From an uncultured Nitrososphaerota archaeon (GTDB lineage Archaea > Korarchaeota > Korarchaeia > Korarchaeales > Korarchaeaceae): a stretch of DNA of 64,000 bases. The DNA lies in NCBI GenBank assembly GCA_964594835.1, contig CAZQNA010000003.1, positions 133,295-197,294 of the forward strand, read 5' to 3'. Position 1 is the first letter of the stretch. Every line of letters starts with the position of its first letter. This document shows, one piece after another, positions 1 to 8,727 of the stretch. Below the pieces are notes generated by a model, which was not told the DNA's origin, ran no database searches, and saw only the letters and a program-made list of their open reading frames with translations. The position numbers and the translations under genes are program-made.

Positions 1-662
1 AAATAGCCCGCGAGCGGACCCGCGAGGTGGTGGCGCTGGCTCGGCGTCCAAGCCGGAACGACGGCCTCGACGAACCTCTTCCACCACCTCGCCATCTCCA
101 CCTTCTTTAGAAGTCTCTGAAGCGCCTCCTCGTCCACGCGCCCGATCGGCGTCCTTTCGGGGTCGCTCAGCCACGTATACGGGCGTCCCGACGGGTGAAT
201 CGATGGAGGGGCCGTCACCAGGAGGCCATTCGTGCGGATCTCAACCCAACCCTCAACCTTGACGGGCTTGCAACTCCGCGGGAGCCTCAGGTAGACGTGA
301 TAGCCCTTCCCGGTCTTCACGACCCATGTAAATTGTGCTATCTCCTCGATTGAGCCATTGAAGAAAAGGGAGAAGGGTTCGGGCCCCTCGAGGTCGACGA
401 CCGCTACTCCCCCGGGGATTACGAGGCCGATTCCGACCTCTTCAGGGCTTTTACCAGCGAACCAAGTCTCCAACTCCTCGTCCGTCGGCAATCGCTCCCG
501 CGCGGGCTCCCAAGTCGGCCGACCGTCCTCCTTGAGCCAGCCGACGGCCGCTAGGAGTTTGCCGTGGGGCCTCTTCTCCCTTGGACGAAGCGGAATTACC
601 GGGAAGCCGCGCGAAACGTATAATTGAGCCCATCCGAGAACGCTCCGCTGTTTAGTCTCCAC
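1..662 (-). CDS. Bifunctional DNA primase-polymerase (prim-pol, AEP superfamily), runs off the window edge
   Basis: Not in the ORF track. Manual translation from GTG at 662 (SD GAGGTGG upstream): VETKQRSVLGWAQLYVSRGFPVIPLRPREKRP...GIGLVIPGGVAVVDLEG...VVKTGKGYHVYL...VEIRTNGLLVTAPPSIHPSGRPYTW...WTPSQRHHLAGPLAGY. Shows DxE, sxH and PPSxH motifs plus a PriCT-like start; open to base 1. Confidence 0.9.
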   Translation of the reverse strand, partial: METKQRSVLGWAQLYVSRGFPVIPLRPREKRPHGKLLAAVGWLKEDGRPTWEPARERLPTDEELETWFAGKSPEEVGIGLVIPGGVAVVDLEGPEPFSLFFNGSIEEIAQFTWVVKTGKGYHVYLRLPRSCKPVKVEGWVEIRTNGLLVTAPPSIHPSGRPYTWLSDPERTPIGRVDEEALQRLLKKVEMARWWKRFVEAVVPAWTPSQRHHLAGPLAGY

Positions 663-999
663 AATCCCCCACCTCGCTCAATTGGACCCAACCACCCGCA
701 ATGACGAAGCCCTTGGCCTCCAGGAACTTCCTAGCCTCCTCGTAGGCTTTCTTGAAGGCGGCGAAGGTTCTCTGATGATCCTGAAGATCTCGTGGGCGAG
801 GACGGAACTCGCGAGAAAAACAGACGACGATTCCGCCCGGGCAGACGACGTAGAAACGGAGCGTGGCACACCCCAGGAGCCGTAGCCGCCAGTTCACTGG
901 CGGCCACGAGGCGTCAACTGCAACCTTGGCCCCGTTCAGCTCTTCGACCAGTCTAAGGAAGGCCTCAAGGCTGTCAACGGCGACGATCACGCCCATCAC
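652..999 (-). CDS. Hypothetical mobile-element protein (115 aa)
   Basis: Overlaps the neighbouring start/stop codons in the element's operon; SD upstream. Confidence 0.7.
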   Translation of the reverse strand: MMGVIVAVDSLEAFLRLVEELNGAKVAVDASWPPVNWRLRLLGCATLRFYVVCPGGIVVCFSREFRPRPRDLQDHQRTFAAFKKAYEEARKFLEAKGFVIAGGWVQLSEVGDCGD

Positions 1000-1232
1000 T
1001 CTCCCCTCCTATCCTCTGGCTTTTCGGCTGACGCTGACGCTTGTAGGAGAAGTCCAACGAATTTGGCTTCTATGGGTCCGAGGACTGAGCGCAAGGCCTG
1101 ACGAAGCGCCTCGTCGTTCCTGAGTTCGTTCGCGAGGCTCCTGGCCCGATCCACAACGTTTAAATCGACCAACCGCCGGTGATACCGGCGGGGAGGCGGG
1201 TCCGGGTGGGAATGCGCGCACGGGTGGCTCAT
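996..1232 (-). CDS. Small hypothetical mobile-element protein
   Basis: ATG at 1232 directly follows the RHH stop; its stop overlaps the next start. Confidence 0.55.
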   Translation of the reverse strand: MSHPCAHSHPDPPPRRYHRRLVDLNVVDRARSLANELRNDEALRQALRSVLGPIEAKFVGLLLQASASAEKPEDRRGE

Positions 1233-1233
1233 C

Positions 1234-1425
1234 TCACCCCTCCCCTCCCCCGCTCCCGTCCTTCTCCGTGAATAAGCCAAGACGGCGAAGCTCTCGCCGA
1301 ACGGCCGCTCGGACTAATTCGGAAATCGAGAAGTAGTAGCCAGCCCCGATCGCTTGTTTCACGGCCTCGTCTAGCGATTTAGGCACGAGTATGTCCCACC
1401 GACCAACCAACCTCTTCCTCCCCAA
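1234..1425 (-). CDS. Ribbon-helix-helix CopG-family regulator
   Basis: WDILVPKSLDEAVKQAIGAGYYFSISELVRAAVRREL is a typical RHH pattern; first gene of the rep operon. Confidence 0.85.
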   Translation of the reverse strand: MGRKRLVGRWDILVPKSLDEAVKQAIGAGYYFSISELVRAAVRRELRRLGLFTEKDGSGGGEG

Positions 1426-1723
1426 CTTCAGACAACCTCCCGAGGCCCCGCCAAGGGGCCCGGGATCCTCCCGGGCGTGGAGTTTTTTTCCTTTTCTGTT
1501 ATCACATCCATACCGTAACTTAAACGAAGTTTATTAAATCAAAGAGGCTTATTAATTTATTAAATGGAGTTGAATATCACAAATTTTGACGCGCCCTTCG
1601 CCCGTTCCGACGTTACGCACAGGGCCGTTTTACAATATCTCAACATGTAAGAAATTTAGGAAACAGATTCACTAATTTCGTTGAAAGAATGGCAATAACC
1701 GCCAAACTTCCCGAAATCAAAAT

Positions 1724-1751
1724 GATTTAGATAACTGAGGTTTTCTCGAAA
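1724..1751. promoter_or_regulatory. Candidate tyrosine-recombinase core (dif/att-like) site
   Basis: GATTTAGATAA-CTGAGG-TTTTCTCGAAA: 11-6-11 layout with imperfect inverted arms (AGATAA / TTTTCT), about 110 bp downstream of the integrase stop. Confidence 0.35.
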
Positions 1752-1776
1752 AAATGTTGATGATTTTGTGGAAATT

Positions 1777-1828
1777 TTGGCGCCACGGCGCCAATATGTC
1801 GGCGACGGCGCGCCGAAAAAATCGCCGA
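1777..1828. repeat. Nested palindromes / hairpins
   Basis: TTGGCGCC-AC-GGCGCCAA (1777-1794); TCGGCGA...TCGCCGA (1799-1828) enclosing the palindrome CGGCGCGCCG. Confidence 0.7.
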
Positions 1829-1861
1829 GTTGTATGTAAATGTTCCGGGTGCTGATCCGAT

Positions 1862-3010
1862 TCAGTCTTGGGACCCCTCCCCCCGGGTCAGGGCCTCGAG
1901 GAGGGCTTCCCTCACCTTCGGGTCGTTCAGGAGGGCCACGATCAGCTCGTTCAACTCCTTCCTCTTCTCCGCGACCCTCCTCCTGGCCCCCTCGGTCAGC
2001 GGATAGCCGCACCTCAGGCAGAATTCTGCGTCTCTCGGGTTCACGTAACCGCAGTTCGGGCATGCCTCTGGCCTCAGGGGGCTCTCCTCGACGCGCTCCT
2101 CCTCGGGCTCGATGTGGTGAACCTTCCTCAATATCGACTCCTCCACGTCCCTCCCGCTCAGGTGGACGTAGACCGCGGCCATGTCGGACGACTGGGTCCA
2201 GCCCGCGAACACTTTCAACTCCTGCTCGGTGAGTTCCCGGGCGAGTTCGGTCAGCCTCGTGTGCCTGAGCATGTGGGGGTGGACCCTCTTCCCGAGCCCC
2301 GCCTTCTCCCCCGCCCTCCTCACCATCTGGTAGAGGGCCGCCCTGGTCAGAGGACTCCCCGCCCTGTCCAGGAAGAGGGGGGCGTCGGGGTCCCCGGGCC
2401 TTGGGTGCACCTGGAGCCAGGCCCGAAGGTAGGGGGCGGAGTCGTGGAGGGGAATGGTCCTGACCCCCGTCTTCCCCCTCACCCTGATCCTGAACCCGTA
2501 ATCCGTGAACTCCAAATCTCGCATCCTCAGCGAGCACAGCTCACTCGCCCGCAGGGCGCCCTCGTAGAGCACGGCCATCGCCGCCTTGTGCATCGGGCTC
2601 CTGCCAGCCTTCACCAAAGCCCTGACCTCCTCCGGGCTGAGGACCTTGTCCCTCAGGTCGGTCCTCTTCGGGACCCTGAGCCTGACCTCCCCCCACGCCT
2701 CGGGGGGCTTGCCACCGTTCTTCCACCTCACGAGCGCGCTCAGGCGGGCGTGGTACTGCCAGGCGGTCCTCTCGCTCCTCCCTCCCGCCTTCAACTCCGA
2801 GAGGAACCTCCTTATCGTCTCCGAGTCGGCTTCCCACGGCGCGGTCCGGGTGATCCGCCACCAGGCGAGGGCCGCGTTCAGCAGGTTGACCTGAGAGTCC
2901 AGGGACAGGCTCCTCTCCAGCGAATAGGCTCTGATGGCATCTGAGATCTCCTCGGGGAGTTCCCTGAGCCTCCGCTCCACCCTCCCCGACAGGCCCGTTT
3001 CCCCGCCCAT
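1862..3010 (-). CDS. Tyrosine recombinase/integrase (XerA-like) with C-terminal zinc ribbon
   Basis: Catalytic R (GALRASE), K (RGKTG), HxxR (HMLRH), W (AGW), Y (AVYVH); CPNCG...CLRCG Zn ribbon. Confidence 0.95.
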   Translation of the reverse strand: MGGETGLSGRVERRLRELPEEISDAIRAYSLERSLSLDSQVNLLNAALAWWRITRTAPWEADSETIRRFLSELKAGGRSERTAWQYHARLSALVRWKNGGKPPEAWGEVRLRVPKRTDLRDKVLSPEEVRALVKAGRSPMHKAAMAVLYEGALRASELCSLRMRDLEFTDYGFRIRVRGKTGVRTIPLHDSAPYLRAWLQVHPRPGDPDAPLFLDRAGSPLTRAALYQMVRRAGEKAGLGKRVHPHMLRHTRLTELARELTEQELKVFAGWTQSSDMAAVYVHLSGRDVEESILRKVHHIEPEEERVEESPLRPEACPNCGYVNPRDAEFCLRCGYPLTEGARRRVAEKRKELNELIVALLNDPKVREALLEALTRGEGSQD

Positions 3011-3245
3011 CGGGCGGGGCGTCGGACCCCTCCGTTATTAAGGTTGTGGTAACATTAACAATTGGTAGCAATTAACTTTCTAACCTTCAGACTAGGCACT
3101 CGCGGTCGAAGGGCCGACTGGGGCCCTCGCCGAGGTGGGTCGAAAAACTCTCGATCTTATCCCGACGGGCTCCCACACCGAGTTCATGGGCGGCTAAGAC
3201 GGGCGCGGACAGGGAGAAGGATGAGAAAAAGGGGAGGAGGCGGCA

Positions 3246-4853
3246 CTACGGCCGCTTCGCCCCACCGGGGGAGGGCGGGCAGGGCGGGCACTCCTCGCAC
3301 GTGCAGCACTCCTCAGAGATCACCGCGTTCAGATAGGCCTCCACCCCGGCGGTCACCTGCGTCAGGCTTTCGAGGGCAGCCTCCGCGGACGCCGCAGCCT
3401 GCGTCGCCGCCTGGGCCTGCGCCCATGCCATCGATATCGCCTCGGCGGCCGCCTCCATCGAGGTCGTGGCACTTGCAATGGCCTGCGCGTGTGCCTCCGC
3501 CTCCGCGCTGGCCTCCACAGCCGCAGAGGCCTCCACCCACGCCCTCATGGCCGCGTTCAGGAAGGCGCTCAGGTCCGATGCGGAGACCGTGAAGAAGTGC
3601 CTCCCGCCCACCACCTCGTGGGACTGGACGTGAGCCGTCGCCTCCGCCCAGGCCTCGGCCGCGGCCTCCGCGTGGGCTGATGCCCGCGCGCTGGCCTCCG
3701 CTATCGCCTCCGCGGCCGCCTGGGCGTCGGCGAGGGCTCGCGCCATCGCGGAGACGGCGGACTGTGCCTCAGCCCCGGCAGACGCCAGAGCCTGGTCGGC
3801 AGCCTCCGCCTGAGAACGAACGTAGCCGAACGCGCTCGCCAGGGCCTCGGCCATGCTCCGGGACGCGAACTCCACTGTGTAACACTCGGTGGTCTCCGAG
3901 AGGTTTGTGATGGCTTCCGCGCGGGCCTCGGCCATAGAGGACCGGTTCGCGACGGCTCGAGCCATAGCCATGGCCTCAGCGCGCATATCCCCGATCGCGG
4001 AGGCGTTGGCCTGGGCCCGCCTTAGCTCCTCGGAGATGGCCCGGGCGGCAGCTCTGGCCTCCGACATCCTCCTCTCCGCCGCCTCGGCCGCCCTGTTCGC
4101 CACCTCGGGCGGCACCTCGTCCATCACTATCTCCACCGCCTGGCCGGCGCCTGAGAAGGCGCCCACGCCGTACAGGTAGTCCTCAACCTCCCCCTCCCGG
4201 AACTCGCCGCTCCCGTCCCAGCCGCCCACGTCCGCGAAGGCCGACTCGTCGACGGGCTCGCTGGTGAGGGCTATCCTCATCCAGGCCGGGGGGAACGGGG
4301 GAGGCACGTTGAGCTCCACCTCCTGCGAGGCGCCGGGCGTCAGGTTCAGCACCTGGTTCCTGACGAACCACTCGTCCCTCCACTCGCCGTCGTGGTTGAC
4401 GTCGACCAGGACGTTGAGGTACCAGGTGGTCCTCCCCGCGCCGGGTCTCAGGCTGACGTTCAGGTAAAGGGGAAGGGGCCGATCCACGGATAGTCCGTCG
4501 TCGTAGGCGTCGTCGTCCACCATGTTGTGCATGCCGTCCGGATCTCCCGGGTCCAGGGCCCCCCTCTCGGAGCTCACCCGCAGGCCGAGGGTGGCGGCGC
4601 CGGGGTTGAGCACCACGATGCCGTGCCCCCCGACCCGGCTGTTCGGGGTGTCGTACCTGGTCGGGAACCTGCCCACCACATCGCCGTAGGGGCGGGCGTA
4701 CCCGGCGAGGAAGCCGTCTGGAGCGTCTCCGTAGTCCCCAGACGGTGGGCCAAAAGCGCGCGCGGGGTTGACAGCGGAGCCTAGGAGGAGACCGCTCAGG
4801 AGACCCAGGACTCCGACGAGCCCCAGCAGGGCTTGGGTTGACAGGCTCTTCAT
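3246..4853 (-). CDS. Secreted GEVED-domain protein with long Ala-rich region and Cys/Pro-rich tail
   Basis: Signal peptide; GDYGDAPD and GEVEDY motifs; AxAxA-rich C-terminal half; ECCTCEECPPCPP end; T-rich terminator at about 3220-3235 on the minus strand. Confidence 0.8.
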   Translation of the reverse strand: MKSLSTQALLGLVGVLGLLSGLLLGSAVNPARAFGPPSGDYGDAPDGFLAGYARPYGDVVGRFPTRYDTPNSRVGGHGIVVLNPGAATLGLRVSSERGALDPGDPDGMHNMVDDDAYDDGLSVDRPLPLYLNVSLRPGAGRTTWYLNVLVDVNHDGEWRDEWFVRNQVLNLTPGASQEVELNVPPPFPPAWMRIALTSEPVDESAFADVGGWDGSGEFREGEVEDYLYGVGAFSGAGQAVEIVMDEVPPEVANRAAEAAERRMSEARAAARAISEELRRAQANASAIGDMRAEAMAMARAVANRSSMAEARAEAITNLSETTECYTVEFASRSMAEALASAFGYVRSQAEAADQALASAGAEAQSAVSAMARALADAQAAAEAIAEASARASAHAEAAAEAWAEATAHVQSHEVVGGRHFFTVSASDLSAFLNAAMRAWVEASAAVEASAEAEAHAQAIASATTSMEAAAEAISMAWAQAQAATQAAASAEAALESLTQVTAGVEAYLNAVISEECCTCEECPPCPPSPGGAKRP

Positions 4854-4989
4854 TAAAGATCGGTTTTCTTAAGGGTTTCTTATAACCCTACACGCGCGGA
4901 GGTTCAGGCACCTAACCCCAGAGTCCCGCGAGCCTCCTGCCACGTTGCGTTTCCAGGGGCCTGCCCCATAGGTATGCGCAAACCACCGG

Positions 4990-5613
4990 TCAGTCAACCC
5001 CGGAACCGCCGACCGCTGCCCTCGTGAGTTCGATGGCCACGTCCACAGCCCTCCTAAGCGTGGCCCCCGGTAGGCTCGGAACCTCCCTGTCCATCCTTGA
5101 GGCCACCTCTGAGGAGTAGGGGACGTGGATGAACCCCGCGGGGGATCTCAGCCCGAGCGCGTCGATCTCTCTCATGACGAGGTAGGCGATGTAGTTGCAC
5201 AGGAACGTGCCGGCGTGGTGGGACAGCCTGGCCGGGATGCTCTCCCCCCTCAGGACCCTCACGATCTCTCCCGCGGGGAGCGTCAGCCGATAGGCTAGAG
5301 GTCCATCCGGATCTATGGGCTCGTCCCAGGGGGTAGCTCCGTCTGAGTCCGGGGCCTCCGTGTGGGCCACGTTCAGGGCTATCCTCTCGACCCTGATGAG
5401 GGCGCTCCTCGGGGCGAGGCCGAGGGAAATGACCGCGTCTGGCCTCTCCGACCTGATCAGCCCCCTGATCACCTCGCCGGCCCTCCGGTAGGAGACCGGA
5501 AGCACGATCCCAATCACGTCGCCCTCGGCCGCGTCCGCCTCCCTGACGAGGGCTTCGGTCGGATTCTCCGGGACGTCGTCCCAACTCTCGAAACCCGTGA
5601 GGAGTATCCTCAT
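4990..5613 (-). CDS. pcp: Pyroglutamyl-peptidase I
   Basis: MRILLTGFE...NPT, ERIALN, GTFLCN, FIHVP; ATG at 5613. Confidence 0.95.
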   Translation of the reverse strand: MRILLTGFESWDDVPENPTEALVREADAAEGDVIGIVLPVSYRRAGEVIRGLIRSERPDAVISLGLAPRSALIRVERIALNVAHTEAPDSDGATPWDEPIDPDGPLAYRLTLPAGEIVRVLRGESIPARLSHHAGTFLCNYIAYLVMREIDALGLRSPAGFIHVPYSSEVASRMDREVPSLPGATLRRAVDVAIELTRAAVGGSGVD

Positions 5614-5740
5614 GGCCTTCCCTCCGGATCGAGCGCCGGGCAGACCTAATGAGCCTTCCGGAGGGCCGGGCCAGGGCGCCCGCCCCACCAACTTACCTGG
5701 GGACGGATCCGTCTCAGAGGGGTCCGCGACCGCGTCGGCG

Positions 5741-6325
5741 TCACCTGGGCAGCCTCGGGTCGAACTCGAACCCGAGAACCGCCAGCAGGGCGGGCTGATG
5801 TCGGCCCCTGGAGTCGCCAGAACCGCCCCCCTTCTCGCCAACGGCCGCGAGGAAGCTCGTGAGGTCGATCCTCGGGAGGGTGCCCCTCCTGGCCCTGTCT
5901 ATAAGCGACCCCCGGATGAACCTGGGTAGGAAGGCCCACGCGAGCTTCCCCTCGTCGTCGGCGGCCACCACCCCCCACCTCATGGCGAACGCCCTGAACC
6001 TGCCGAGGTTGACGGAGGCGACCACGTGCGACAGGAGGAGCCTAAGCTCCCTGTAGGGCAGCCACTGAACCCTGAGAATCCTCTTGTTCACGTACACGCG
6101 CACGGAGCTCCCGACCGGCGGAGTCACCTTCCAGGCGCCGAGCCCCGGCAGGTCCCACAGGGATATCTCCATGAGTTCCCCGCTCTGAATGACCTGGACG
6201 GACCGCTGATAGTTCAGTATCCGAAGGCGGGCCAGCTTTATCTCCCCGACGTATCGGTACCCTCCCACGGGCCTGAAGCGTCGGAGTGAGTCCCTGAATC
6301 TCTGGTCGTAGGGCATCACTATCAT
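5741..6325 (-). CDS. Hypothetical basic protein (194 aa)
   Basis: Host-like codon usage, AT-rich promoter upstream; no recognised motif. Confidence 0.6.
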   Translation of the reverse strand: MIVMPYDQRFRDSLRRFRPVGGYRYVGEIKLARLRILNYQRSVQVIQSGELMEISLWDLPGLGAWKVTPPVGSSVRVYVNKRILRVQWLPYRELRLLLSHVVASVNLGRFRAFAMRWGVVAADDEGKLAWAFLPRFIRGSLIDRARRGTLPRIDLTSFLAAVGEKGGGSGDSRGRHQPALLAVLGFEFDPRLPR

Positions 6326-6645
6326 GCCCGTGACCCCGGCGGCGCGGAAACTGCTTGTTGTTTAAGTGATCGGTTGGCACAATCTATGTAGGGTAACGGC
6401 CATATAATTTACTAAACTTCTTCAAATGGGTGGACGGCACGTGAGGGCATATAAGAAAGGCTCGAATTACATTTCCCGATACAAATCAAATGATCAAAAT
6501 TGGCAAGATCAACCCTCTAAAACTTCTGTTAAAGTCGAGCTAAGCGCTGAATTTGAGTCAACATTGGGGGGATGGCTTGAACTCCGCGGAGTGGAACCGC
6601 GGGGGCAGCACTTATAGAGGCCCGCGGGCCAGGCAGGAGGGCACC

Positions 6646-7398
6646 CTGAAGATCGGGAGGATTGAAGGCAGGGTCCCGTGCACTGGTTCTCTCGTTCCAG
6701 TCTCCCTTGAGAAGCTTTGGACGCGCGCGAGAGAAATTGAGAGCAGGCTAATACTCGCCATAGACTTCCTGCGGCCGTCAGGCGGCGTGAAACGAGCCGC
6801 CAGAGACCTTCTCAGGGAAGTGGCCGAGTTTGCGGCCGGGGTGAAGGTCGGCCTGCCCCTCTCCCTAGAGGTGGGCTGGAACGGGGTGGCCCGGCTGGTC
6901 TCCGAGTTCACCGAGGTGTACTGGCTGGCCGACCTGAAGCTCGCCGACATCCCCGCCGTGGAGGCCAGAGTCGTCCAGAGGCTGGCTGAGATGGGCTTCG
7001 ACGGGGCGATCGTGCACCTCTTCCCCATGGGGCTGGGCGAGGTGGTGGACTCGGCGGCCGAGGCGGGCCTCGACGTCGTGGGCGTCGCGGCGATGAGCCA
7101 CGCGGGATCCAGGCTGTTCGAGGAGAACCTCGAGGCGCTGATCTCCCACGCAAGAGAGGTCGACATCCGCGGGATCGTCGTCGGGGCCACCAGGCCCGAG
7201 CTCGTCTGGGCCGTCAGGAGACTGCACCCACTCGCGACGATCCTGTCGCCCGGAGTCGGGGTGCAGGGGGCGAGGCCGGGGGATGGGCTCAGGGCCGGGG
7301 CGGACTTCGAGATAGTCGGCAGGGCGATAACGCTCGCAGAGGATCCCAGGGCGGCGGCGAAATCCGTGGTCGAGGCCCAGAGGGGGTGGGTGTGTTGA
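6646..7398 (+). CDS. pyrF: Orotidine-5'-phosphate decarboxylase (start uncertain)
   Basis: LILAID, DLKLADIP, SPGVG, VGRAI motifs; first gene of the pyr operon. Confidence 0.92.
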   Translation: MKIGRIEGRVPCTGSLVPVSLEKLWTRAREIESRLILAIDFLRPSGGVKRAARDLLREVAEFAAGVKVGLPLSLEVGWNGVARLVSEFTEVYWLADLKLADIPAVEARVVQRLAEMGFDGAIVHLFPMGLGEVVDSAAEAGLDVVGVAAMSHAGSRLFEENLEALISHAREVDIRGIVVGATRPELVWAVRRLHPLATILSPGVGVQGARPGDGLRAGADFEIVGRAITLAEDPRAAAKSVVEAQRGWVC

Positions 7399-7958
7399 CG
7401 CTGGCCGAAGAGATCGTGAGGCTCGGCCTCCTGAGGTTCGGCAGGTTCAGGCTCTCGTCGGGCATGGAGAGCCCTGTCTACGTGGACCTTAGGGGCGCCT
7501 GCTCCCACCCTCCCCTATTCAGGGCCATGGTGAGATCCCTCTCCGACCTCGTGAGGCGGGGCCGACACGACGCCGTGTGCGGGGTCGCGGTCTCCGGCCT
7601 CCCCCTGGCGACCGGGGTTGCCCTCGAGCTGGGGCTCCCTCTGCTGTACTGGAGGCCCAGGAGGAAGGACCACGGGACCATGGCCGAGCTCGAGGGGATC
7701 GCCGAGGAGGGGTGGGACGTCGCCGTGGTGGACGACGTCTCCACCACCGGCTCGTCCATACTCCGGGCGGTCTGGGCGCTGAGGCGCGCCGGTGTAAGGG
7801 TGCGCTCGGCCTACGTAGTCGTGGACAGGGGGGAGGGGGCCGAGGAGAGGCTAGGCTCGGAGGGGGTCAGGCTGAGGTGGATCCTGAGGCTGGACGATCT
7901 CCTGGAGAGGGTTTCTCCGGGGGCCCCGGCCGGTCCGGCTCCCGAGGGGGGTGAGTGA
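7386..7958 (+). CDS. pyrE: Orotate phosphoribosyltransferase
   Basis: FRLSSGMESPVYVDLR, KDHG, VVDDVSTTGSS PRPP motif. Confidence 0.95.
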   Translation: MGVLTLAEEIVRLGLLRFGRFRLSSGMESPVYVDLRGACSHPPLFRAMVRSLSDLVRRGRHDAVCGVAVSGLPLATGVALELGLPLLYWRPRRKDHGTMAELEGIAEEGWDVAVVDDVSTTGSSILRAVWALRRAGVRVRSAYVVVDRGEGAEERLGSEGVRLRWILRLDDLLERVSPGAPAGPAPEGGE

Positions 7959-8727
7959 CGTGCACAGGCCGGCGGAGGTCAGGGAGGCGGTGAGGCTCAC
8001 GGACCGGGTGAACCTCTACGTCCTGGAGCTGGAGGAGCCGCTGGGGTCTGACCCGGGCCAGTTCGTCATGGTCTGGCTACCAGGAGCAGGGGAGATCCCG
8101 ATAAGCGTCGCGAGGGAGGTTGGACGCCGAGTCTGGCTCCTGATCGCCAGGGTCGGTGGGGTGACGGGGGAGATCCACGGGTCGGTGGGGTCCGGGTCGA
8201 GGCTCTGGGTGAGGGGGCCGTACGGCAGGGGCTTCAGCGTTGGACCGGGAAGGAGGCTGCTGGTGGGGGGAGGGTACGGGGCCGCCCCCCTGCTCAGGCT
8301 GGCGGACGCCCTCCGGGGGCTTGGGAGCGGGGTGGAGCTGACCGTCGCCCTGGGTTTCAGGGCGGCCCGGGACGCCCTCCTGATCGAGGAGTTCCGGGAG
8401 TTGGCCGATCGGGTGGTGGTCACCACGGAGGACGGATCCGCCGGCCTGAGGGGGCTCGTCACCGACTTTCTGGATCTGGATCGGGTGGACCTGGTCCAGG
8501 CGTCCGGCCCCGAGCCGATGCTGAGGGCGCTCGCTGGGCTCTGCCTGCCGAGGGGGGTCAGGCTCGAGGTGAGCCTGGAGAGGAGGGTCAGGTGCGGCCT
8601 GGGGCTCTGCGGCGCCTGCGAGGTCGGATCCACCGGGCTGAGGGTCTGCAGGGATGGCCCGGTGTTCGACGCCCGGCTGCTGGGCGCCGACTGGCTCTCG
8701 GGTCGGCTGGTGGAGGTGTGGGCTTGA
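7951..8727 (+). CDS. pyrK: Dihydroorotate dehydrogenase electron transfer subunit
   Basis: PGQFVMVW, RGPYG, GGGYGAAP, GPEPM, CGLGLCGAC...CRDGPVF. Confidence 0.93.
   Translation: MSDVHRPAEVREAVRLTDRVNLYVLELEEPLGSDPGQFVMVWLPGAGEIPISVAREVGRRVWLLIARVGGVTGEIHGSVGSGSRLWVRGPYGRGFSVGPGRRLLVGGGYGAAPLLRLADALRGLGSGVELTVALGFRAARDALLIEEFRELADRVVVTTEDGSAGLRGLVTDFLDLDRVDLVQASGPEPMLRALAGLCLPRGVRLEVSLERRVRCGLGLCGACEVGSTGLRVCRDGPVFDARLLGADWLSGRLVEVWA

Larger units (their letters stand above)
1..1860. mobile_element. Edge of an integrated plasmid/virus-like element (CopG-hyp-hyp-prim-pol plus AT-rich control region)
   Basis: copG-to-prim-pol order as in archaeal pRN-type replicons; visibly lower GC and different codon choice than the host; adjacent tyrosine recombinase. 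The boundary could extend to about 3100. Confidence 0.75.

Noticed and set aside
3011-3245. tRNA as integration target next to the integrase
   Set aside because: No T-loop (GTTCRA) in a cloverleaf context on either strand.
5754-5776. tRNA-like CTCGAACCCG hairpin
   Set aside because: It lies inside the 3' end of a CDS and there is no cloverleaf.
6583-6606. ORB-like GAGTGGAACC...GGGGG replication-origin motif
   Set aside because: Single poor match, no repeated ORBs and no orc1/cdc6 nearby.
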